From assembly GCA_029717555.1 (NCBI GenBank), contig JAMDHS010000026.1, positions 124,001-188,000 on the forward strand: a DNA stretch of 64,000 nt, given 5' to 3'. Shown here one piece after another: positions 10,924 through 22,445 of this stretch. The stretch is from Peribolospora baueri (lineage: Eukaryota). A program made the translations under genes and the position numbers. How positions within the stretch are numbered: position 1 is the first letter of the stretch; each line of letters opens with the position of its first letter. Under the pieces are notes generated by a model. The model was not told the DNA's origin, made no database searches, and saw nothing but the letters and a program-made list of their open reading frames with translations.

Positions 10924-13876
10924 ATGTCGTCCAAGGAGGAAGACAGCGCCCCCTCGTCCCTTCCGAAGCGCCCGGACTTTGAGGCCGCCAACGGCGGCGA
11001 GGACAACCGTGAGTACCTCAAGGGACGAGGGCGTGTTCAGGCGGACGCGTGCATTGTGCTCGGTCGTCGACACGGATGCCGTGCCTGGCATCCTTCCTTT
11101 CATTCGTGCTGGCCTTACCGGTACTTTGAGTACCTTCGAGGTTTTCCTCTTCTGAGTACCTTCCTGCTCACGCTAACGCGCGGACATATTTATTGCCGCA
11201 TACAATTACAGACCACCGTCGTACGGAGGCCGACCACTACTCGCCAGAGCGCGAAGTGAGGCACACCAGGGAGGACGACCACTGGGAGCCGAAGTCAACT
11301 CGCCGTGAAGCCGATAGTTACGTGGGTGCTCCTCATCCTCACACGATCTCTTTGCAGACCTCGAACGGTCCTGACTCAGCTCCCGCGTTCCGTCCACCAT
11401 CTCCGCGTCTTGACCCTTCCTGCCTTTTCTTTATCACATACGCGTCCCATTTCTCTAATAGCGCCCCTCGCACAGGATGTCTTCCCGACGATCGCGCTCT
11501 CGCTCTCCAGATCGCGATCGCCGTCGCTCCCCGGAGCGTCGCAGACGTTCTCGCTCTCGCTCTCGTTCCCGCTCTCCCGGTGGCGGCGGCGGAGCAGGAG
11601 GCAGCTCGTTCCGTCCGGCTCGGAGCGTTCAAGAGCGGGCGATCGCAAGCCAAGTAGCCGCCGCCGAGGCGGCCAAGAGGAGCCAGAAAAACTGCCGTGT
11701 CTACGTTGGCAACCTGAGCTACGACGTCAAGTGGAACACGCTGAAGGACTTCATGAGGGATGGTGGGTGGTTGAGTCATTGGATGCGGGTCGCGATGGTG
11801 GACGTGGAGGTAGGCCGGATGGGGTGGCTGGAGGCGACGAGCAGTGGGGGCAAGGATGGAGATGAGATTGGACGAGAAAGGATTGAACATGGCAATTGAC
11901 GGATCTTATTGGTTGGTTGGGCACGGTTCGGTCCTTCTCCTCGGGTCGGATTGGCGGTGGTCCGGTCGGTCTCTCGTTCGCGTCCATCCTCGATCCCCCA
12001 TTCTCCCCTCTATCTTGTCGACTTCCCCATATCCCTCTGTCGCTCTCCTCTTCCCCTGCCTTTCCCGCACCTGCCACTTCATTCGATTTCGCTCTCGTCC
12101 CCACAGCCGGTCAGGTGGTTTTCGCCGAGGTGCTCACTTTCCCCAACGGCATGTCCAAAGGTTGCGGGTGAGTTGTCGTTGGCGCATGTCTCCCAAATGT
12201 TTGGCTGTGCTGTATGCGTTGACATTGTTCCCCCTCCAGAATCGTGGAGTATAGCGCGCCTGAGGAAGCTCAAAGAGCTATCAAGGAACTCAGCGAGACG
12301 CCTTTGATGGGCCGTTCGGTCTTCATTCGAGAGGTAGGTCTTTGAGATCTGCCCAGATTTTCTGCAATCGCTTTCTCTCATCTCGATCCCTTTTTGCCTG
12401 TGCCCTTAGGACCGCGAGGATGAGGCCCGCTACGGTGTGCCCACAGGCGCGGGCCCTCGGGGAGCTATGGCAGGAGGTTTCGCAGGAAGGGGTGGATTCC
12501 CCGCCCGTGGCGGTTTCCGCGGTGGTTTTGGTGGTGGCTACGGTGCGCCAGGTTATGGAGGCGGGTTTGGAGGCGCCGGCGGCGGCTCCAACCAGCTCTA
12601 CATCGGCAATGTGAGTCTGTTGTGTGCATGCTATCTTGTGATCCTGCTGATGTCATGACGCGGTTATGTGTATTGTGACGCCATGTCATATTTTCAAAGC
12701 TGCCTTACGAAGCCGCGTGGCAAGATCTGAAAGACCTATTCCGCACCGCCGGCAATGTCATCCGTGCCGACGTTTTGATGGGCCACGACGGTCGTCCCAA
12801 GGGCAGTGGTACGGTCGTCTTCGAGACGGCTGCGGACGCGCAGAACGCCATCGGTGAGTTACCACGTGCACGGCTTTGGAGGCGATCTGGTGACATTGAC
12901 ACCCTTGGTTTTCGCCCTTCCTTCAGCCATGTACAACGGGTTTGACTGGAACGGACGTCTGATTGAAGTGCGCGAGGTGAGTGACTTGTATACCTGGTTT
13001 ATCCTTCTGGCGTAGCATTTTGTGCTCAAACTGGGCTCCTATCCGACCAGGACCGATTCGCTGGCTCCGGACCAGGCGGTTTCGCCGGCGGCCGTGGCGG
13101 ATTCGGCCCAGGTTTCCCCCGCGGCGCCTTCGGAGGCGGGCGTGGGGGTTTCCGAGGTGGCTTTGGCGGTCGGGGAGGCTTCGCTGGCCGCGGCGGGTTT
13201 GGCGGCGCCGGCGGTGGTGGGTATGGGTATGGCGCTCCTGCTGAACCTGCCGAGCCGAGCACGCAGATCCTTGTCAAGAACGTGAGTGATTTTTTGTTGT
13301 TTTCCGCAGCCGTTTGGCTCCCATGGCTCATCTCTGGCCGTGATGACTTGGGTACGAAACTGGCAGCTACCATGGTCGACGTCGAACGAAGATTTGGTCG
13401 AGCTGTTCCAAACGACCGGCAAGGTGGAGGAGGCGGAGATCCTGTTTGAGGGAGGGCGGTCCAAGGGCGAAGGTGTGGTCCAGTTCGACAGCGTCGAGGC
13501 GGCCGACACGGCGATCCGTGAGTTGGGAAGCGAGTGAAGGCCATGAGACTTTCTAAAGTTTTAGCTCTGAGTGGCACGTATGACTGATTCGCATGTGTTC
13601 CCGTCTCGATTTCGTCGTCGGTGTCGTACAGAGAAGTTCCAGATGTACACCTACGGCGGCCGTCAGCTCGATCTCGGGGTGAGTCCGTCGCTTCTTCCGT
13701 TAATCGAAGCTAGTCAGTCCTCGCGTTGGTCCCGGCCAATGACTGACTGGGGGAGCGAACTGGACGGTCTCTGATTTTATTTTCCGTCCCGACCCTGTCT
13801 TTGGCGCATGGAACAGTTCAACCCGCGCTTCTACACGTTTACGGCCGGCAGCGCGCAGGGTACGGCGATGGACTGA
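10924..13876 (+). CDS. GBP2: SR-like three-RRM mRNA-binding protein Gbp2/Hrb1
   Basis: RS-rich N-terminus (RSRSRSPDRDRRRSP), RRM1 VYVGNLSYDVKWNTLKDFMR, RRM2 LYIGN|LPYEAAWQDLKDLFR, RGG linkers, RRM3 ILVKN|LPWSTSNEDLVELF, ending FNPRFYTFTAGSAQGTAMD*. The 5' exon structure is tentative; alternative ATG at 11477. Confidence 0.9.
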
Positions 13877-14981
13877 GGACTTATCTGTCCGCGTTTGCCG
13901 CGGCGTGCACGGAAGCCGGACCGAGGCGAAGAAGGGAGGGGGGGGCCGGGAGAATCTGCACGATGCAGGTACGTGTATGGATATGTACGCGTGGTGGGTG
14001 TGTGTACATTACCTTCACGGCGGTTGCGATCGTGCGATTCTCTGCTGCAGTTGTGCCTGCCGGGTGGGAGAAAGAAGAAATTGAATCGGTGGGCGAAAGA
14101 AGATGGATTGAAGACCGAGACGCAGACGAGAAGGGATGGTCAGGTCTGGCTTGAATCGGATCTCCGATGCCGGGTGCTGAGGGCGAGAACGCGGCGCGGG
14201 TATAAGGGAAGGGAAGGGAAGATGTGATCGATGACATGTGAAAGCGGGAGCACGTGGTCGGAGGAAAGGGAGCAGACAAATGAAGCAGGCCTCGGGCTTC
14301 GGGGTTTGCTTCCGCGCGGCGGCCCTCTTTGCTTTTGTCTTTGCTTATCGATGCGTCGTGCGTCGTCGTCGAAGAGGAGAGGAGAGGAGAGGAGAGGAAG
14401 CGTCTTGTCTATTCTTCGTTCGTTAGTCGGTTCGAGCGAGGCGGCGGGACGAGATATGAGGTGAGCGGGTGGGAGGGTGAGAAGAAAAAGAAAAAGAAAA
14501 AGAAAAGTAGGCGGGGTCGCATCGCATCTATCTGTCTAGTCGGCGCGCGGTTAGTTATCAGGTACGCTGCCCTGCTCGATCTGGACTGGACGAAGGGCGG
14601 TGGAGAGGAGTAGAGAGACGTTGATCGATTACAGAAGTTTGCTTTCCTCCCTCCAAGCCCAAGCCAACCCAAGCCAACCCAAGCTAAGCCAACGCCAGGT
14701 GGGGCGCGCTCCACGGCCGGCCGCTTATCAAGATCGTCCCTTACGGCTTTTTTTTTTTTGCCGACAAAGGCGAGAAGCGGGCCGTTTGGCGTGGAAGTTG
14801 ACCATGACATGACGGTGACCGGTCTGGTTGGTGGCGATGTCTCATCTCGTCCGTCCGCTCCGGAAAGCTGGCTCGGCGAAGGCGGATGAGATGATTGAGC
14901 GTGAATGGATGGATGGCCAAGGCGAGAGCGCATGTGATATTCACAGATAGGCAGACAGACGGCAGGATGGTCTCTTCGCTG

Positions 14982-14989
14982 TATAAAAG
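14982..14989 (+). promoter_or_regulatory. Candidate TATA box for the perilipin-like gene
   Basis: TATAAAAG in otherwise GC-rich DNA. It is followed by a GTGAGT donor (15165) and, just before the ATG at 16148, a CTAAC branch (16115) and CACAG acceptor (16145). Confidence 0.5.
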
Positions 14990-15260
14990 GGAGCCGAGGC
15001 GCACTGGCGGTGCGAGCGCCAGCCCCGTCCATCGATCGTTCCATCCATCATCCATCCATACGTCCCTCTATCGTAACCCTCACAGCCACCGCCACCGCCA
15101 CCGCCACCGAGGCCCCCGTCCATTTTCGAACCGTTACCGTAGATCGACGAATCCCTGCCACCGAGTGAGTGCCCGAGGCAGCTAGCTCGAACCCTGCCTG
15201 CTTGTGCGGTGATCGATCGGATCGGTGAGAGCCGCCACCCCAACCCCCACCCCATCCGTC

Positions 15261-15320
15261 CACGTTCACGTCCACGTTCACGTCCACGTTCACGTCCACG
15301 TTCACGTCCACGTTCACGTC
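15261..15320. repeat. Perfect tandem repeat (CACGTTCACGTC)x5
   Basis: Read directly: ten alternating CACGTT/CACGTC hexamers. Confidence 0.95.
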
Positions 15321-16147
15321 CCCGTCCGTCTCTCCAGGGTTCTCCGCTTTGGTTTTGTTGGGACGGGAGGGAGGGAGACTGGGATTCTGCTTTGTTTGAG
15401 CGGCGGCCGCTGTCTCTCTCTCTCTACCTCTATCTCTCTCTCTCTCTTTGTCATGCTCTGCACCTCACTCATGCATGCGTCCACCGGAGGCTATCGATTT
15501 GGACGCATGCATGGTGGAGAAGGTTGTGTACATGCGTGGCGCGCGTCAACCAACCAACGGCCCGACGACGATGGGCCCCGTTGGAGGACTTTCACACCCG
15601 CCCTGGCGCTGGCGCTGGCGATCGCGATCGCGACAGCGTTTGTTGTACGGACGGACGGTGCCGATGGCGGTCACCGCGCGGGGGTGGCTGGCGACGCCGA
15701 GGAGGCGGGCCGTAGAAGGGGGGTGGTGTGTCGAGAGGGGGCGTCCTATCGTGTCGTGTCTTGTCGTGTCTTGCCGTGTCTTGTCGTGTTCGTGAGCGTT
15801 TTGTGTCTCAGGCGATGGTCGAGAGATAGGCGAGGAGGGGATAGTGATGGGCAGCAGCGAGCGCACCGACGAGATCGATCAGGACGGACGCAGACGAGGA
15901 CAAAAACAATAACAAGCTCGGCTGACTAATCCTGCCCGCTCCTCTTCTCTCTCTCTCATATCTCTCTTATCCGTCCATCATCACGTTCTTCTCCGCCTCG
16001 CCTCGTCTCGCCCTCGCCCTCGCCTCGCCTTCGCCTCTTCCTTCCCTCCTCCTCACCACCATCTCTCCACCCCAGAACCACCGTCTTCCTCCTCGCCTTA
16101 TCACTTCCCATCCTCTAACCCTCAAACACACCCCTCCCGCCACAGCC

Positions 16148-17131
16148 ATGTCCGCCCCAGCCACGCAGTCCGTCCCCAACGACGACGACACCCAAGGCCG
16201 CTTCCCGCACTCCGAGTTCGCCCTCAAGGTCTACAATATCCCTGTCGTCCACGACTCCGTCAACGGCCTCTACGCCGCCATCGAGAAGAACTCGTACGCC
16301 GCGTCGGCCTACAGGACCGCAGAGGGCCTCACCCTCCAGGCCCTTCGCGTCGCCCGCCCCATCACCTCCCGCTTCGCCCCCCAGTTCTTGTGGGCGGACC
16401 GCAAGGCCACGGACGGCCTCGACTACGTCCAGGCAAAGATCCCCCTGCTCGCCGCGCCCACCGACGAGGTCCTCGCCAAGACGCGTCTCCAGCAGGCCGC
16501 TGACACCATCGCCCGCCTCCAGCACTCGCTCCAGAACAACATCGACGCCATCGCCGCCAAAGGCTCCGAGGGCACCAAGACCTACTCCGACCGCGCTCAA
16601 GGCCTCGCCTCGGCCATCTTCGCAGAGGTCCGTCGTCGCAGTCGCTCGCTCGACCGGACGTCACGCTCATGGCTCGCATTCCCCCATCTCTCCTCTCTCT
16701 TTCGCGCCCACCAGGTCGACAAGGTCAAGGTCTACGTCTCCGGTCTTCCCTCCCACCTCAGGGAGCGCGTCTCTCCTCTGACCACCACGCTCGACAAGTC
16801 TTGTGAGTCCATGCTCAGCCGCGCTTCTTCTTCTTCTTCTGCGCCAGTGCCCGTGCCGCTCGGGACTCGACCGGACGAGACGCTCAGCACTCCTCCCTCC
16901 CTCATCCCCGTGCGGCGACCAGACAAGGACGTAAAGGCGGAGATGTTCAAGAATGAGACGCCGCCGGTGACCAAGTTCAAGAGCATCGTCAACTACCTCT
17001 CCTACGAGTTCGTCCCCGCGCTCACGAGCGCCATCCAGAAGACGGCCATCCAGACCAAAGAGGACGCCGCGTCGGCCGCCGATGGCGTCAAGGAGAGCGT
17101 CAAGGAGAACGTCAAGGACTCTACCAACTAA
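16148..17131 (+). CDS. Fungal perilipin-like lipid droplet protein (CAP20/Mpl1-type)
   Basis: N-terminal PAT-like segment KVYNIPVVHDSV...PQFLWADRKATDGLDYVQAKIP, followed by amphipathic helices. Introns at 16628-16714 and 16803-16922. Confidence 0.7.
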   Translation: MSAPATQSVPNDDDTQGRFPHSEFALKVYNIPVVHDSVNGLYAAIEKNSYAASAYRTAEGLTLQALRVARPITSRFAPQFLWADRKATDGLDYVQAKIPLLAAPTDEVLAKTRLQQAADTIARLQHSLQNNIDAIAAKGSEGTKTYSDRAQGLASAIFAEVRRRSRSLDRTSRSWLAFPHLSSLFRAHQVDKVKVYVSGLPSHLRERVSPLTTTLDKSCESMLSRASSSSSAPVPVPLGTRPDETLSTPPSLIPVRRPDKDVKAEMFKNETPPVTKFKSIVNYLSYEFVPALTSAIQKTAIQTKEDAASAADGVKESVKENVKDSTN

Positions 17132-18214
17132 GCGACGGAGCCACCGTCTTCACCTTCGTCTCGAAGCGCAGAGTGGACGATGACGACGCGCATACATCCA
17201 CCCCTCCGCCCTCAAAAGCGACTGACGATCGATTCGCCCGTCTTCCATTCCATCGTTCGGTTTTAGTCCCCCGCCCACCTCGGCCACCCTTGTCCTCCTC
17301 TCCTCGCATCAGGTATCTCCCCCCCCGGTCATCGTCGTGCATCCTCACGACTACGTGTCTTTCGGGGTTGAGAGACGCGTATCTCGCTCTCCTTTCCATC
17401 CACACGAAATGCCTCTCCAATTCCCCCATCCTCCTTTCGGTCCTCCTCGGTTCCCGGTTCCCATCTAACAGCCTCAGCGCGCGTGATTCAATCAGCCCTT
17501 CCACCTTCTCCACTTCTGTCTCCTCTACCAGGTCGTCCTCTTCTCTCCTCACTCGCGTCTGTCTTTTTCGTCTTCTATCCTGTGTCCCAAGGCCCGTCTG
17601 CCTTTCGTCTCGTTTGGTCCTCTTCTCCCCGTTCATATAGCGTCTCCCGCTTGTACCGCATAGAGACGTTCAAGTTTCAACACATGCCATGCTTACTTTT
17701 CGTCGTCGCCCGTCGCCCGCCGAGCCGTCTGTAAAGCAACTAAAATGGTCCCCTCGGCCTTGCGCTGGCGTTGGCGCTGGTGTGGCGCGGGGACGGAAAT
17801 ACGGCCAAGAAAGAAAGAGAAGGAAACAAGAAAAGAAGGAAAGAAAGAAGACGGCGGCGGTCGTATGCGGTCGCACGGCACCACAGCGCAACGATCGTAT
17901 CGATCGTATCATACCATGGATGGGTCGTATTGCAGACTTGACTGGACTGGACTGGACCGGGCCGGAGCGGTGCTAGCTAGAGTGAGCGCGGTGTAGCTAA
18001 GTGACTACAAACAAACAAAAAAGGGAATGGGACAGAGGAAGGGCGGTGATGGGAGGTGGGGGTGGAAAGGTGGACGAGAGGGATGTGGTGATGGCTCGAG
18101 TAGTGGTGATGATGATGACGATGGGGAAGGTGATGGGGAGGCTCAGCTCAGTGGTAAAGGGAAGAGGAACGAAGGGGATGGGAGATGCGATGCATGCCGG
18201 CGCGTAGAGCGACT

Positions 18215-19368
18215 TTAGATCGAGCACTGCCCAGAGCCGGCGTGTGTGTTCATGATCAGTGCGACGATCTGTCAGGTCGGTCAGGGTTGGGTCAGCCTGT
18301 GTTGAGTCGAAGTGAGAAAAAAAAAACAAATGACGGATATGAAACGCGACGCGACGCTCACCAAGCCGTACAGGCCGATGACCTCAGCAAAGATGAGGAT
18401 GAGCACCATGGCGACAAAGATGCGTTGTTCGAAGAGATATGCTCGGACGCACTGTGCGGGGCGCGCGCGGAACGGACGGGATAGGCCGGCGGTTGGGGGT
18501 CAGAGAGGAATTACCGATTAGCAAACCGGCCAAAACCACGCCGACCGTGCGGGCACCTGTCACTCAGGGATGACGATGCCCAGCAAACGCGCTCGCAACA
18601 TCCAACTCACCGCATCGCCAACGATGCCGATCGCCCAGCCCGCCGCCAGACCCGTGAGACCGCAGCTGAGTCCGGCGCCGAGGTGGACGGCGCCGCCAAA
18701 GAGGGAGTAATTCTCTTTCGGAGAGAGGCCGCCGGCGATGAGGACGGAGACAACGAGACCATAGACGGCGATGATACCAGACATGACTACCGGGATCAGG
18801 GACTGGTCGGGGATAGGCGCATGAGCCGGCGACGCCAACAAGTGTCAGTCTGCTGCTGCAAGGCCTTTGGATGGACGAGGTGAGAGGGAACGGAGGATGG
18901 AGGGAGGCGCACCTTCATGATCAGCTCAGGTCGGAAGGTGCCGATGCCAGCGATGCCGATGCCTGCCTTCGAGGTACCGTACGCTGCACCGACCGCTGAA
19001 ACGGATAACCACGACGAGTGATAAGCACACAGCGGCCACGATACGCTCACGATCAACAACAGCGTGGCCAAGCAGCTAGGTCTGCAGCGCGATTGGGCCA
19101 CATGAAGAGACTCACTGCTCAGCACCATCTATCGGGACCCCGGGGGAAGGAGTGGGGAGGTCGCGGAAAGAAGCAGGGCAAAAAAAATCAGCAAATACAA
19201 CCCCACAAACAGATTGCCCCAGCCGAACTCGATTAGAACGCCCTCGTCGAACGAGGGCACAGGCCGAGCACCTTCACTCGCACTCACCGCGCTCGCTACG
19301 CCCGCGAAGCCAAAGAAAACCGCCCATGGCGGGCATGGATCTGCGGAAAGCGCCGTTGACAGGCTCAT
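18215..19368 (-). CDS. VMA11: V-ATPase V0 proteolipid subunit c'
   Basis: [31 protein letters not shown]|[45 protein letters not shown]...[53 protein letters not shown]. The [14 protein letters not shown] and VVMSG variants are c'-type; the proton-carrying Glu is in FAEV. Confidence 0.92.
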
Positions 19369-19702
19369 CTCGTTTGCATGCGGAGACGGATGAACGACGT
19401 CAATCGAAGAGGAAAGAAGGGGAAGGACAAACGGGCAGGAGGTGGACGAGGATATGTGACAACAGGGTGAGGTGGAATTGTATCTCGCATCTCGTATACA
19501 AGGCGCCCAGTGCCCCAGACCGCCTGCCGCAGCGACGCACCCAGATCTTGGAAGGGCTGAGCACGTGAGGAAACTGGGTGCGCCTGCTGGAACCTGGCGG
19601 GCTCAGCCGGCTCGATGGCTTGGCTCCCCGTCCTTGCCGTCTTCTCTATACGACCTGCCGTCCTTCATCCCGTCCTCCCCCAAAGGTTCTCCCAGTATAC
19701 CC

Positions 19703-21857
19703 ATGGCATCTCCTCCTCTTGCGGGTGGAGAGCTTCCACCGGGAGCTGCGTCCGCAGTGGAACCGGCGGCCACCTCATCGTTGACGGCCGAGGATGCTCT
19801 CACCAAGCCGCTAGAAGAAGTGCCGGCCACGATGACGTCCTCTCATGACGATCCAAAACCGACGGAAGCACGGGCTGGAAATGGGGCCTATGACGGAGAA
19901 TCTGGCGGGCAAGAGGAAGAGGGAGGCGGCCACGAAGGAGGAGGTGGGCGAGAGGCGGAGACGACGAAGGCGGACGGGGAAGCCGTCAGCAACGAGGAGC
20001 GCGTGAGGAAGCTGGAGGAGGAACTGGCGAGGACGAGGGAGGACAAAGAGATTGCGGAGACCCAGTATAAGAGCTTGCTTGGCAAGCTCACGACCATGAG
20101 GAATACTCTCGGAGAGCGGCTGCGACAGGACGCGGTGAGTGACGCGGTTGATTGCCTCGACATCTTTTCGAAGACCGTGACCGTTTATGCGTTCGTCCTT
20201 CTTCTCCGACATGGCGTCTCGATTTACCCTCTTACAGGAGGAGCTCGATCGTCGAGAGCAGCTGGTCAGCTCCTTGCAAGCGCAGAACGAGGACTTGACG
20301 TCCACGATCGACGCGCTCACTGGCGAGCTCGAGACGGCGACGTCCGAGGCAGAAAGAGCGTCTCGTGAGCTCTCTTCCCTGAGATCCTCCACCACCTCTT
20401 CCGCACAGCGGACGGCGGAGGACCTCTCCGCACGAGAGACGGCGCTGAAAGAGCTGCAAGAGGAGGTGGAGAGGATGCGGATAGAGGGAGAAGAGGCGGG
20501 GAGAGAGGCGGAGGCGGAGAGGGTGAGGAGAGAGGAGATGGAGGACCGGATGAGAGAGTTAGAAAGGCTTTGGGAGGACGAGAAGGCGGAGAGGGAAAGG
20601 TTGAAAGAGCTTTGGGAGGCCGACAGACGGAGCGCTGAGAACCTTCAGGCCGTGCTCGAGGAGTTTGAAGCCGGTGAGTGGACGTTCATCATCTGTATCT
20701 GATTCTGTGCCCTCACACCTTTACTCACCACCGTTACCGACTCCAATATTCCACCGGACCTCCTCCCATTTGTCCTGTTTCTAAGCCAAAGACAGCGAGA
20801 TCCAACAAGCTCTTGGCGACCACCAAGCGCGCTACGAGAACGCAATGTCTGAGCTCGCCCGGTATAAAGGAAGGACGTCCACGGCCGAAGGCAAACTCGC
20901 CAAGTTCGAGGGGGACGTGACTAGGGCGGGTGCACTGGAGCAGGAGGTCAAGGAGAAGAACTTACTTATTGGGAAACTGAGACATGAGGGTAAGGGCCAC
21001 GTCTTGGTTTGGGTCCCGAGCTGTAGCGCTGGGTTCTGCAATGAGGTGTCCGTTTCCTCTTCACGCGACTAGGCTCACATCCTTTGCACCTTTTACTTTC
21101 TATCTATATTCAATTTGGCAGCCGTCATTCTAAACGAACATCTGACGGAAGCCCTGCGACGACTGCGAAGAGACTCTTCGGACGTCAACGTAGATCGGTG
21201 AGCTGCTTGCCCGTACCGTTCGCTACCGTTTACTCCTGAACGCCTTACGCCGGTCGTCTCACATGCGGTAAAGCCCGTGCACGCTTTCTGACGTGCCGTC
21301 GTGTTCTCCCTCTGATTGCTCGCAGTCGACTGGTGACGAACATCGTTTTGCAATTCCTAGCGACTCCTCGAGCAGACCCGAAGCGGTTCGAGATGCTCTC
21401 TCTTCTTGCCTCCATCCTCTCCTGGTCCGAGACGGAGCGCGAACAGGCGGGCCTTGTCCGGACCACCGGCACAGGAGGCGTCCCCATCTCCCCCGGCGTG
21501 CGTCTTTCCGCGAACGGAGGAGGCGCGCCGGTGTCTCCAGGAGGTCGAAAGGCGGCTGCCGGTATGAACGGCATGATGACGGTGACAGACGAAGAGAGCT
21601 TTAGCAATGCCTGGGTGGAGTTCCTTCTCAAAGAGTCCGGTGCCGCTAACGCTGCCGCCGGGGCGGCGCCTGGAACGGCAGCTGGGGTCGGGGCGATGAA
21701 AAGTCCATTATCGCCGTCGGCGACCATCACTCCTTCCGGAGCGACGAACCGTAGGGCGTCATCGTCGTCTTCCTCGGGCGCGACAAGAAGCCCGCCGCCG
21801 CCGCCCCTCGTTCATCCGTCCAAGCTCCCGCCGCCGCCTTGGGCCATGGATGGCTGA
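19703..21857 (+). CDS. RUD3: Golgin with GRAB domain (Rud3/GMAP-210 family)
   Basis: Long coiled coil, then EKNLLIGKLRHE|AVILNEHLTEALRRLRR...VDR|RLVTNIVLQFLATPRADPKRFEMLSLLASILSWSETEREQAGL and ESFSNAWVEFLLKES. Confidence 0.88.
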
Positions 21858-22445
21858 GAAGGGACAGCTTGACATCAGCTCCACGATATGGTCCACTTCA
21901 TCCTCGCTGGTTCGCGAGCCTTTCTTCCCTCTCTGCATCGATTCTCTCCGTCCTTTCTTTTTATTTTCTTCAGTGACTTTCTGCTCTCTCTTCAGCACTC
22001 CGTACCCCCTTCCATTTGCGACTACGATCGGACCTGCCCGTGTACTTTTATCACATCGTCATCAATCGATGACACTCGCCGTCGCGATACAGCAGCGGCG
22101 CGTGGCCGAACGGCACGTCGGGGAAAAAAAGAGAAGAAAAAAGCGAGTCCTCTTGTCGTGTCCGTCTGTCGGTCCGGCGGCGGGTAGCGAGCGACAAGCC
22201 GAGCGAGTTCAAACAAGCGTCGTACGAGCTGGCAACCCTCGCAGGGGCGCTCAAACAGCACGGACCACAGGGCAGCGCACCATGAAATTGGGAAATGGTA
22301 TATCGACAGATATCCCAGGGACGACGAGAGACGAATCTCAGGCGGACAGACGGAGCCGAAATGGAAGGCAGGCCGGGAATGGCGAACCGGAGAGAGGTAA
22401 GAAATGCGATGCGATGAAGGGCAGACAGTGAGCGGAACAGATGCT

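Noticed and set aside
15225..15929. ORF with a (VH)n tract that looks metal-binding
   Set aside because: Simply the translation of the CACGTY repeat plus microsatellites; no coding signal.
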